Shown here one piece after another: positions 1 through 8,197 of a stretch of DNA of 37,491 nt. The first letter of the stretch is position 1; each line of letters begins with the position of its first letter. The DNA is taken from positions 1 to 37,491 of the IMG/VR virus record IMGVR_UViG_3300045837_000178, one strand, 5' to 3'. The position numbers were made by a program, and so were the translations under genes. The notes beneath the pieces were generated by a model. It ran no database searches, was not told the DNA's origin, and saw nothing but the letters and a program-made list of their open reading frames with translations. The stretch comes from a virus (Duplodnaviria; Caudoviricetes).

Positions 1-72
1 GCTGCTGAGCCGTCGCGCCGCCCGGCTCGCGCGCGTCTAGGGGCCGTCCGGCCGTAGGTCTAGGTTGGGCCT

Positions 73-496
73 ATCGCCGCGCCAGCCCCATACGAAGGCC
101 CGTGCCGTCGGGCCGAGGACGGCGGCGAGCACACCGACGACGTCGCCCGCGCCGGCCGCTACCGCGGCTACTGCGGCGTCTGCCGCCCCGTCGTGGCGGA
201 GGAGCAGCGCCAGCGGCGCGAGGGCCGCGCCCCCGAGCCGACGCCGGACGGGGGCGGCTTCGACGACGGGATGGAGCCGGAGGTCAGGGCGGCGCGCGCC
301 CGGCGAGGCCAGCTCAAGCGCGCCTGCCAGCACCTCGCGACGCAGGCCGACCGGCTCGAGACAGCCCTGGACGACCGCAGCCGCGCGAACTCGCGCCCGC
401 TCGACCCTCCGCGACTTCAACGAGGCCCTCCAGATGGTCAGCCGGACGGCGCGGGTGCTCGTGAACGGCGGCGCCGAGACCGACCAGACGAGCTAG
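73..496 (+). pseudogene. Hypothetical protein with CxxC motif, apparently frameshifted near 396-398
   Basis: One frame reads ...PYEGPCRRAEDGGEH...YCGVCRPVVAEEQ...ANSR, then the protein-like reading continues in the +1 frame (STLRDFNEALQMVSRTARVLVNGG..TAG 494-496). No ATG/GTG at the expected start; ATC at 73 lies 6 nt after TAGGTT (61-66). Confidence 0.45.
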
Positions 497-504
497 ACTC
501 CGGG

Positions 505-637
505 GCGCGTTGGGCCGGAGGAAGTCGGTTATCGCCTTGTAAGCGGGAGGTCCCGGGTTCGAGTCCCGGTCGCGGCTCCAGTCGCGGTAGCTCAGCCGGT
601 AGAGCGCCTAGACCGATCTCCACACCCTCGCCCGCGC
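505..637 (+). ncRNA. Y RNA-like (YrlA-type) unit 1 containing a circularly permuted tRNA-Thr(UGU) domain
   Basis: TGGGCCGGAG 511-520; helix 524-530/611-617; anticodon loop CTTGTAA 536-542; T arm 553-569; acceptor 570-576/581-587 closed by TCCA; D arm 590-605; upstream of Ro60; TAGACT at 494-499. Confidence 0.85.
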
Positions 638-690
638 ACTGAACCTCCAGCTCGCCTCGGCTCCGCGCGGCGGTCGGGTAGACTGGCCGC

Positions 691-772
691 CGCGCTGGGC
701 CGGAGGCAGCCGGTTATCTCTCGGAGACGTCGGGTTCGATTCCCGGCCGTCGTCCTCACAGCACGGGGCGGC
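691..772 (+). ncRNA. Y RNA-like unit 2 (T-arm-only payload)
   Basis: 691-718 matches 506-533 at 25/28 nt; T arm GTCGGG-TTCGATT-CCCGGC 729-747; GCTG 694-697/CAGC 759-762 and GAGG 703-706/CCTC 754-757; TAGACT at 679-684. Confidence 0.7.
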
Positions 773-830
773 GGGGCGAAGGCCAGCCAAGACCGACCGC
801 CCCATCACGCCCGCGCGGTATCCTCGCGGC

Positions 831-964
831 TCGTCTCTCGGCAGAGACGGCCGAGGGTGGGCCGGAGCGGCCGGGTTACCACGAGGACGACGCCGACGAG
901 TCGGCAGTCAGCGCCAAGCACCCGGAAGCGACGACACGCCCCCCTCGACTTCTAGCGCCGTCTC
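831..964 (+). ncRNA. Y RNA-like unit 3 (no T arm)
   Basis: TGGGCCGGAG 858-867, CGGGTTAC 872-879; helices 871-876/920-925, 852-857/942-947, 844-851/957-964; ACACGCCC 934-941; TATCCT at 819-824. Ends uncertain. Confidence 0.6.
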
Positions 965-979
965 GTGTACGCTTGCGCG

Positions 980-1046
980 GTCGCTGGGCCGGAGACGACG
1001 GGTTACCTTGCCAACGGAGTCCCGCCGCCACCAACACGCCCGCGGC
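980..1046 (+). ncRNA. Y RNA-like unit 4 (minimal), in the Ro60 leader
   Basis: TGGGCCGGAG 985-994, CGGGTTAC 999-1006, ACACGCCC 1034-1041, GTCGC 980-984/GCGGC 1042-1046; TACGCT at 968-973. Confidence 0.6.
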
Positions 1047-1077
1047 TCTTGTCCGTCCCTCTGCCGAAGGAGACCCG

Positions 1078-2697
1078 ATGTCCTATCTCGAGCAGCACCA
1101 GACCCGCGAGACCGCGCAGGCCGAGCCGATGCGCGCCGACCAGGTCGAGAACAGCGCCGGCGGGTTCGTGTGGGCCGTCGACGGGTGGACGCGGCTGCGC
1201 CGCTTCCTGGTCCTCGGCAGCGAGGGCGGCTCGTACTACGCCTCGGAGCGGCAGCTCACGAAGGAGAACGTCGGAGTCCTGCTCGACCTCGTCCGCTCCG
1301 ACGGGGAGCGCCTGGTCGCGGAGGTCGTCGCCGTCAGCGAGGCGGGCCGCGCCCCGTCGAACGACCCGGCGCTGTACGCGCTCGCCGCCGCGATCTCGCA
1401 CGGCGACGCCGCGACGAAGCGCGCCGCCGCGGAGGCCCTCCCGGCCGTCGCGCGGATCGGGACGCACCTCTACCACTTCGCTCGCTTCCTCGAGCTCCAC
1501 CGCGGCTGGGGCCGCGCCGCCCGCTGGGCGGTCGCCAACTGGTACCTCGGCCAGGACGCCGAGCGGCTCGCCTACCAGCTCGTCAAGTACCGGCAGAGGG
1601 ACGGATGGTCGCACCGCGACCTGCTCCGCCTCTCCCACCCGCGCGCCCGCGACGTCGAGCGCGCCATGCTCTTCCAGTGGGCGACCCACGGCGCGGACGA
1701 GCCGTCGGCGATCCCGCCGTTCGACCTGGTCGAGGGGTTCGAGGCGGCGCAGCGCGCCGAGACGCCGGCGCGGACCGCCCAGCTCGTCCGCGACTACTGG
1801 CTGCCCCGGGAGGCGCTGAACCCGGAGCACCTGACCGACCCGGCCGTGTGGGGCGCGATGCTCGAGGCGGGGATGCCGCTCGGCGCGCTTACCCGCAACC
1901 TCGCGAACATGACGCGGATCGGCGTCCTCGACGACCGCGGCTGGCGCGACGTCGTCCTCGACCAGCTCGCCGACGCCGACGCGATCCGCCGCTCTCGGCT
2001 GCACCCGCTCGCGATCCTCGTCGCGCTCTCCACCTACGCGACCGGTCGCGGCCTGCGCGGCCGGGGCGAGTGGACGCCGCTCCCGGCCGTCGTCGACGCC
2101 CTCGACGCGGCCTTCTACCTCGCGTTCGGGAACGTCGAGGCGACCGGCAAGTCGACGCTCCTCGCCCTCGACGTGTCCGGGTCGATGTCTACGGGCAGCG
2201 TGGCCGGGTCGCCGCTGACCCCGCGCGAGGCGTCGGCGGCGCTCGCGCTCGTCGCGCTCCACGTCGAGCGCGACGTCGAGGTCGTCGGATTCACCTCCGG
2301 GCGCGGCGGCGGATACCTCGGCGGCCCGGCGGCGCTGACGCCGCTCGGCCTCAGCTCCAGGCAGCGCCTCGACGACGCCGTCCGCGCGGTCTCGAACCTC
2401 CCGTTCGGGGGCACCGACTGCGCGCTCCCGATGCTGTACGCGACCGAGGCCGGCAAGGACTTCGAGTCGTTCGTCATCCTCACCGACAGCGAGACGTGGG
2501 CGGGGAGCGTCCACCCGAAGCAGGCGCTCGACCGGTACCGCGACGCGTCCGGGATCGGGGCGCGCTGTGCCGTCGTCGGCATGGTCTCGAACGGGTTCTC
2601 GATCGCCGACCCTTCCGACGCGGGGATGCTCGACGTCGTGGGCTTCGACACGGCGACGCCGCAGGTCCTCTCCGACTTCGCGGCGGGGCGCGTCTAG
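1078..2697 (+). CDS. rsr: Ro60/Rsr RNA-binding protein (TROVE + vWA)
   Basis: Motifs NSAGGFVW, LRRFLVLGSEGGSYY, KYRQRDGWSHRDLLRLSHP, MIDAS DVSGSM, GGTDCALPM, TDSETW, DVVGFD; RBS AAGGAG 1067-1072; 539 aa. Confidence 0.96.
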   Translation: MSYLEQHQTRETAQAEPMRADQVENSAGGFVWAVDGWTRLRRFLVLGSEGGSYYASERQLTKENVGVLLDLVRSDGERLVAEVVAVSEAGRAPSNDPALYALAAAISHGDAATKRAAAEALPAVARIGTHLYHFARFLELHRGWGRAARWAVANWYLGQDAERLAYQLVKYRQRDGWSHRDLLRLSHPRARDVERAMLFQWATHGADEPSAIPPFDLVEGFEAAQRAETPARTAQLVRDYWLPREALNPEHLTDPAVWGAMLEAGMPLGALTRNLANMTRIGVLDDRGWRDVVLDQLADADAIRRSRLHPLAILVALSTYATGRGLRGRGEWTPLPAVVDALDAAFYLAFGNVEATGKSTLLALDVSGSMSTGSVAGSPLTPREASAALALVALHVERDVEVVGFTSGRGGGYLGGPAALTPLGLSSRQRLDDAVRAVSNLPFGGTDCALPMLYATEAGKDFESFVILTDSETWAGSVHPKQALDRYRDASGIGARCAVVGMVSNGFSIADPSDAGMLDVVGFDTATPQVLSDFAAGRV

Positions 2698-3026
2698 TGG
2701 GCGCGCTGTCGCGTCCGCGCCCGTACGTCTACGGGACGGTCACGGACACGGTCGTCCCCGACGAGGAGGGCTTCTACAGGGGGCCGCTCTTCCGCATGTA
2801 CCCCGGCGAGATGCTGACCATCGAGGTGTTCCCCGACTCGGATGACCCCGACGGGCTGCGCCAGATCTCCGTGATGACGTTCGGGCCGGGCCGGGGACTC
2901 CGCGCTCGGCTGGCGCGGGCGCGGTTCCGGGTGAGGCACCCGCTCGTCGCGCTCGGCCGCGCCGAGATGCAGGGCGTCCCGGTCGGGGTCGGCGAGCCGG
3001 TCGCCGGGTTCTTCGAGCCGTTCTAG
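2697..3026 (+). CDS. Hypothetical protein
   Basis: GTG overlaps the rsr stop (TAGTG); 109 aa with typical codon usage. Confidence 0.65.
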   Translation: MGALSRPRPYVYGTVTDTVVPDEEGFYRGPLFRMYPGEMLTIEVFPDSDDPDGLRQISVMTFGPGRGLRARLARARFRVRHPLVALGRAEMQGVPVGVGEPVAGFFEPF

Positions 3027-3058
3027 CCCCGCGGGGGACGCGTGCCACGATACGCGCC

Positions 3059-3841
3059 GTGAGCGCGATCTGGTACGAGACCGAGTACGCGACGACCGGC
3101 GTCGCATGGCGGGACAGGCTCTCCGCGGAGGAGGACGTCTCGGCGGCTGACCGGGGCGGCAGCACCAGCCAGATCGCGATCCCCGGCGACATTCAGCCGC
3201 ACCTCGGCGAGGGCGACCTGATCCGGTTCGGCTCGCGCGTGATCCGGGTCACGAAGATCGTCGGCGGTACGGCGATCCTCGCCGCGGCGGTCGCGAAGAC
3301 CGCGGAGGACCACAAGGTCGAGAAGGTCAAGAAGAAGAAGCGGCGCGTCCCGCGGTTCGTCTGCAGCGTCCAGTCGGACATCCTCAGCCCGATCCGGGGT
3401 CTCGACTGCCCGCCGAGGCTGCTATCGCTCTCGTTCAACAGCGACCTCGCGTGGACGGCGTTCGAGGGGAAGGTCACCGTGAGGTCGGCCAAGCTCCCGG
3501 GCGGCGAGTACGTGTCGGTCGGCCGCGACCGGCCCACGGCCGAGCAGATCGCCAAGCGCACCGACCACGGCAGCAAGGCGTCGTTCGTGATGTCGTTCTT
3601 CCAGAAGAAGGACCTGCTCGGCTCGTTCCTCGGCGGGGGCTTCGACGTCGTCGTCACCGGTCGCGCGTTCTTCGAGGACGACTACCCCGGCCTCGACGAG
3701 CCCGTCGCCGGCGGCTGGTACCACGCCGAGGGAGCGTTCGACGGATCGAGCAGGCTTTGCGTCCCGTCCGCCGCGGACGCGATCCCCGAGCTCGCCGAGG
3801 GCTGGGAGTACAGCATGTGCTTCGGCTGCCACTTCCACTAG
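3059..3841 (+). CDS. Hypothetical protein
   Basis: 260 aa ORF, good codon usage, internal lysine run, C-terminal CxxC. Confidence 0.75.
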   Translation: MSAIWYETEYATTGVAWRDRLSAEEDVSAADRGGSTSQIAIPGDIQPHLGEGDLIRFGSRVIRVTKIVGGTAILAAAVAKTAEDHKVEKVKKKKRRVPRFVCSVQSDILSPIRGLDCPPRLLSLSFNSDLAWTAFEGKVTVRSAKLPGGEYVSVGRDRPTAEQIAKRTDHGSKASFVMSFFQKKDLLGSFLGGGFDVVVTGRAFFEDDYPGLDEPVAGGWYHAEGAFDGSSRLCVPSAADAIPELAEGWEYSMCFGCHFH

Positions 3842-3887
3842 GGTGCGGCGTCCCGGCCACCACCGGCCGCTAGGAACCACCACGCTG

Positions 3888-4136
3888 ATGCGGTTCCCCG
3901 AGTGGACGCGCAGCGGACGCCGCCAGCCGCAGCTCGGCGACGTCGCCTGCCACGCGGACGGCCCCGACGGAGACCCCGACGAGCTGCGCCGCGCCTACCT
4001 CGTGATCGGCGTCGAGGAGATGAACAGGCCCGGCCGCGGCTACCGGCTCGTCCTCGAGCGCGTCGCCTACGGGACGCTCCCTGCGTCCTTGGACCCCGAC
4101 GCCATCTGGACGTTCTACGACCTCCCGAGGCGCTAG
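3888..4136 (+). CDS. Hypothetical protein
   Basis: MRFPEWTR...YDLPRR; fills the gap before terS. Confidence 0.6.
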   Translation: MRFPEWTRSGRRQPQLGDVACHADGPDGDPDELRRAYLVIGVEEMNRPGRGYRLVLERVAYGTLPASLDPDAIWTFYDLPRR

Positions 4137-4156
4137 TCGCGCGCTACGCTCGTCGC

Positions 4157-4603
4157 GTGGCGCAGGCCGAACGGAAGACCAAGCAGAGCAAGGGCAAGCA
4201 GGGCGACGAGGAGCGCGTCGTCGGCCGGCCGTTCCGCCCCGGGCAGTCCGGCAACCCGAGCGGCCGCCCGAAGGGACTCGCCTCGGCGACGCGCGACGTC
4301 CTCAAGCAGGCGGTCGAGGACGGCGAGGACTCGGCGCTCGCGCTCGCCCGCTTCTGGGCGTCCGTCATGTCGGACCCCGCCGCGAAGATGGAACACCGGC
4401 TGGAGGCGTCCCGGCTGCTCGCCGACCGAGGCTGGGGGAAGGCACCGCAGTTCGCGCCGATCGAGGACGCCGACCCGCTCGAGCGCCGCGACGTCTCCGA
4501 GGACGCCGTCCAGGGGCTGTTCCGCGACATCGACGAGGTCGCGGCGAAGCGCCGCGAGCGCGAGGAGCGCGACGAGTCCCGCCGGCGCGCCCAGGGCGAG
4601 TAG
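4157..4603 (+). CDS. terS: Terminase small subunit-like protein (DUF5681-type motif)
   Basis: FRPGQSGNPSGRPKG motif; directly upstream of terL; GTG 6 nt after TACGCT 4145-4150. Confidence 0.8.
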   Translation: MAQAERKTKQSKGKQGDEERVVGRPFRPGQSGNPSGRPKGLASATRDVLKQAVEDGEDSALALARFWASVMSDPAAKMEHRLEASRLLADRGWGKAPQFAPIEDADPLERRDVSEDAVQGLFRDIDEVAAKRREREERDESRRRAQGE

Positions 4604-4612
4604 CGCCCGCTA

Positions 4613-6097
4613 GTGGTCGTCGAGGCGTCGCTGCTCGAGCAGCTCGGCTCGCTCCCGAGGGAGCAGCAGCGCGCCTTCCTCGCCAAGCACGCCGACCGGC
4701 TCGGCGTCTCGATGGCCGAGCTCGCCGCCGACCTGCGCGGCTCCTGGCACGCGCGCGCTCGCCCGAAGCAGCTCGCCCCGCCGGGCGGCTGGACGTTCTG
4801 GTGGATCCGCGCCGGCCGCGGCTACGGGAAGACGCTGAGCGGCGCGGAGTGGGTGAAGGACCGCGGGCTGGAGCGACCGTGCCGGATCGCCGTGGTCGCG
4901 CCCACGCTCGGCGACGTGCGCGCCACCTGCTTCGAGGGCGAGACGGGACTCCTGAACGTGCTGCCCGCGGACGAGCTGCTCGGCGGGGCACGCTCGACCG
5001 CCTGGAACAAGTCGCTGCTCGAGCTGACGCTCGCGAACGGCACGATCTACAAGGGGTTCACCTCCGAGGAGCCGGACCGCCTCCGAGGCCCGCAGCACCA
5101 CTACGCGTGGGGAGAGGAGGTCTCCTCGTGGAAGGACGCCCGGCTGGGCGACCAGATGGACACGACGTGGTCGAACCTCAAGCTGGGGCTGCGGCTCGGC
5201 GAGCACCCGCGGGCGGTGCTGACCTCCACGCCGAAGGCGAACAAGCTGACGAAGCACCTCGCCGAGCTGGCCGAGCGGGGGACGCTGGCGATGGTGACCG
5301 GCTCGTCCTACGAGAACCGGGCGAACCTCGCCGAGGCGTGGTGGCAGACCGTCGTCGCGCCGCTCGAGGGGACGCGCACCGGCCGACAGGAGATCGAGGC
5401 GGAGCTGCTCGAGGACGTCGAGGGGGCGCTGTGGACGCGCGCGATGCTCGACGCGATCCGGATCCCGATGCCCGCCGGGTGGCAGCGCGACGAGGCGCTG
5501 CGGCAGGAGTGGGGGGCGCGCATGACGAAGATCATCGTCGGCGTCGACCCGAACACGACGTCGGGCGAGTCCGCGGACAACGCCGGCATCGTCGTGTGCG
5601 GGCTCGGGGAGGACCGGCTCGGCTACACGCTCGACGACCGGACGCAGGTGCGCGGTGGCCCGCGCGCGTGGGCGGCGGCTGCCGTGGACGCCTACCACGA
5701 CTGGCAGGCCGACCGGATCGTCGCGGAGAAGAACAACGGCGGAGAGATGGTCGAGCTGACGATCAAGGGGTACGACCCGACCGTCCCCGTCGAGCTCGTG
5801 TCGGCGTCGAGGGGGAAGCGGACGCGCGCCGAGCCGATCGCCGCCCTCTACGTGAGCGACGAGGAGCACGAGAAGGAGGCGACGATCCGGCACCTCGGCG
5901 TGTTCGCCGACCTCGAGGACGAGCTGACGACGTGGACGCCGTCGGAGGAGTCGCCGGGCAGGATGGACGCGCTCGTGTGGGCGTTCACGAGCCTGCGCGT
6001 CTGGAGGCCTCCGATGCGGTACGGCCGCGGCGTCGCCACGGAGGGCGAGATCCCCGGCGTCGTCGAGCTCGGCGAGGGTCTCATGGACGGCTACTAG
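4613..6097 (+). CDS. terL: Terminase large subunit
   Basis: Walker A AGRGYGKT, LRGPQ, Walker B-like AWGEE, TSTP coupling motif, nuclease GVDP, EKNNGG, RGKRTRAEP, DALVWA. Confidence 0.95.
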   Translation: MVVEASLLEQLGSLPREQQRAFLAKHADRLGVSMAELAADLRGSWHARARPKQLAPPGGWTFWWIRAGRGYGKTLSGAEWVKDRGLERPCRIAVVAPTLGDVRATCFEGETGLLNVLPADELLGGARSTAWNKSLLELTLANGTIYKGFTSEEPDRLRGPQHHYAWGEEVSSWKDARLGDQMDTTWSNLKLGLRLGEHPRAVLTSTPKANKLTKHLAELAERGTLAMVTGSSYENRANLAEAWWQTVVAPLEGTRTGRQEIEAELLEDVEGALWTRAMLDAIRIPMPAGWQRDEALRQEWGARMTKIIVGVDPNTTSGESADNAGIVVCGLGEDRLGYTLDDRTQVRGGPRAWAAAAVDAYHDWQADRIVAEKNNGGEMVELTIKGYDPTVPVELVSASRGKRTRAEPIAALYVSDEEHEKEATIRHLGVFADLEDELTTWTPSEESPGRMDALVWAFTSLRVWRPPMRYGRGVATEGEIPGVVELGEGLMDGY

Positions 6098-6113
6098 GCG
6101 GTACCCTCCCGGC

Positions 6114-6383
6114 ATGGCGAGGGGACAGCGGAAGCGCCGTGGGGTCTTCTGGCTCCGCTCCGGCCGGCTCCCCGGCACGCTCCGAGACGACGAGAGCGGC
6201 CTCGTCCAGGGCCGCGACGTCCCCGCGGTGAAGCGCGAGCAGGCGCTCGCGTCGCGCCGGCAGGGGCGACGCACACGGGTCGAGCGGTCGGAGGACGCCC
6301 AGCTCCGCGCGCTCGGCGTCCCCGTGTTCGACCGCAACGGCGGCCTGTCCGAGCTCGGCTCCTACTTGTCGCCGCGCCGCTGA
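6114..6383 (+). CDS. Small basic hypothetical protein (leaderless)
   Basis: ATG 6 nt after TACCCT 6102-6107; 89 aa. Confidence 0.6.
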   Translation: MARGQRKRRGVFWLRSGRLPGTLRDDESGLVQGRDVPAVKREQALASRRQGRRTRVERSEDAQLRALGVPVFDRNGGLSELGSYLSPRR

Positions 6384-6419
6384 GGGCGTAGGCTCCGCCC
6401 GTCCGAGAGGAGAGGAACG

Positions 6420-6806
6420 ATGACGAGGAGACACCTGCCCCGGCTCTGGCGCTACCGGCTGCTGCGCGGCCTCCACGCCCCCGTACGCCGGTCGAGCATG
6501 AGGCTCCTGAAGGCGTGGGCGCGCGCCGAGGGCGGCACCGCCGCCTTCAACCCCCTCAACACGACCGAGCCGTGGAGGGGCGCGACCGACTACAACAGCG
6601 CCGGCGTCAAGAACTACCCCTCCGGCCGCGCCGGGATCGCCGCGACGGTCGCGACCCTCGACAACGGCTACTACAAGGGGATCGTCCACGACCTGCGCTG
6701 GCCGCACAACTACTCGGCCCGCGAGATGGTCGAGCGGAACGCGCACGAGTTCGACACGTGGGGGACGGGCGCGAGCCACGTCCTCGGCGTCCTAGCCGGC
6801 ATGTAG
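6420..6806 (+). CDS. Lysozyme-fold muramidase-like protein (candidate endolysin or virion hydrolase)
   Basis: AWARAEGG..NPLNTT..NSAGVKNY..GIAATVATL.NGYY pattern; strong RBS GAGGAG upstream. Confidence 0.6.
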   Translation: MTRRHLPRLWRYRLLRGLHAPVRRSSMRLLKAWARAEGGTAAFNPLNTTEPWRGATDYNSAGVKNYPSGRAGIAATVATLDNGYYKGIVHDLRWPHNYSAREMVERNAHEFDTWGTGASHVLGVLAGM

Positions 6807-6841
6807 CTACGACCGTAGCGCGTCGTATCCTCGTCGGCGGG

Positions 6842-7198
6842 ATGCACGCGCTCTGGCACTCGTTCGCGGACTGGTGGCTGTGGCACCCGATGCGGGAGGG
6901 GCGCGGCTCGACCTGCTCCGCGACCGACCACAGCGGCTGCGGGTACGCGGGCTGGTCGGGATGGATGGGGAGCGTCCTGTGGTCGCTGCCGGGGTGGGCG
7001 GCGCTCGGCTTCGGGCTGCTGCGCGCGAAGAACTGCCACGTACACCGCTGCTGGCGGCTCTCCTGGCACGAGCACCCCGACCACGGCCACCCCGTCTGCC
7101 GCGTCCACCACCCGGACGGCTACCGCGGCTGGCTGTGGCGGCTCCTGCACGGGGAGCGCCGCGACCCGAGCCACGTCCTCGCCCCGGAGCGCCACTAG
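6842..7198 (+). CDS. Membrane protein with Cys/His-rich C-terminus
   Basis: GYAGWSG, hydrophobic segment, then NCHVHRCWR..HPVCRVHHP. Confidence 0.65.
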   Translation: MHALWHSFADWWLWHPMREGRGSTCSATDHSGCGYAGWSGWMGSVLWSLPGWAALGFGLLRAKNCHVHRCWRLSWHEHPDHGHPVCRVHHPDGYRGWLWRLLHGERRDPSHVLAPERH

Positions 7199-7377
7199 TG
7201 GAGGTCGGCGGCGCGTTCGTGCGGATCCGGCCCTACCTGTCGCCGCGCGACCAGCTCGCGCTCCAGGCGCTGCACGACCTATCGCGGGACCTAGCCGACG
7301 CCTTCGATAGGTTCCACGACCGGCTGGCAGCCAGCGCGACCCACGAGCTACAGGAGGCACCGCATGACGACGGTTGA
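7198..7377 (+). CDS. Small hypothetical protein
   Basis: TAGTG overlap with the upstream gene; 59 aa. Confidence 0.45.
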   Translation: MEVGGAFVRIRPYLSPRDQLALQALHDLSRDLADAFDRFHDRLAASATHELQEAPHDDG

Positions 7378-8197
7378 GGTTCCGGTTCACCCGGAGTTCG
7401 AGAGGGAGGGGTCGTTCGCGCACCTGCGCCTCGGCCGGAAGGAGAGGCGCGAGGACCCGCGGACGCTGCAGTTCGGTCGCTACCTCGACGAGGCGGTCGC
7501 GCTGCCCGCGACGCCGCCGTCGTGCGACTGGACTACCGGCGTCCCGTCGTGGCCGATGTACGGCAACGACGTCCTCGGCGACTGCACGATCGCTGCGGTC
7601 GGCCACATGATCCAGGCGTGGTCGGCGGCCGCCGGGGGCCTGAAGACGTTCGGCGACGCGGACGTCGAGGCGATGTACTGGGAGACCGGCGACCCGCCGG
7701 CCGCGACCGGCGCCGCGGGAGGCCCGACCGACGACGGACGCGACGAGATGGGCGTCCTGAACTACTGGCGGCAGACCGGACTCGCGCCCGGTACCTCGTA
7801 CACCGACAAGATCGTCGCCTACGCCTCCGTGGACGTCTCGAACGCCGACCAGGTGCGCGCGGCGATCAGCCTGTTCGGCGGCGTCTACGCGGGGGCGGGA
7901 CTCCCGCTGACGGCGCAGGGCCAGTCGGTGTGGGACGTCGTCGCCGCCGAGCCGGAGCAGAACCAGCCGTACTCGTGGGGCGGCCACGCGATCCCCATCC
8001 TCGCCTACGACGAGGCGGGCGACTTCGTCGTCGTCACCTGGGGGGGCCTGATGCGGGTGACGGGCGCGTTCTTCGCGGAGTACTTCGACGAGGCGTACGC
8101 GATCGTGTCCGCGGACTTCCTGACCGCGACGGGGGCCTCCCCGGCGGGGTTCGACCTGGAGAGGCTCGAGGCGGATCTCCTCGAGATCACGCAGTGA
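7364..8197 (+). CDS. Papain-like cysteine peptidase
   Basis: NDVLGDCTIAA (catalytic Cys), WGGHAI (His), VVTWG; RBS AGGAGG. Confidence 0.75.
   Translation: MTTVEVPVHPEFEREGSFAHLRLGRKERREDPRTLQFGRYLDEAVALPATPPSCDWTTGVPSWPMYGNDVLGDCTIAAVGHMIQAWSAAAGGLKTFGDADVEAMYWETGDPPAATGAAGGPTDDGRDEMGVLNYWRQTGLAPGTSYTDKIVAYASVDVSNADQVRAAISLFGGVYAGAGLPLTAQGQSVWDVVAAEPEQNQPYSWGGHAIPILAYDEAGDFVVVTWGGLMRVTGAFFAEYFDEAYAIVSADFLTATGASPAGFDLERLEADLLEITQ

Noticed and set aside
533-580. Conventional tRNA-Thr gene or att-site tRNA 3' remnant
   Set aside because: The matching 5' half lies downstream and both halves are clamped by a flanking helix; there is no integrase in the window.
438-808. Minus-strand ORFs sharing the peptide DNRLPPAQR
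   Set aside because: These are translations of the non-coding 28-nt repeat.
506-1006. Four spaced repeats as a CRISPR array
   Set aside because: The repeats are degenerate, spacing is 127-185 nt and irregular, the interiors are structured, and there are no cas genes.
973-1077. N-terminal extension of Ro60 in the ORF track
   Set aside because: It overlaps RNA unit 4; the RBS and family N-terminus support ATG 1078.
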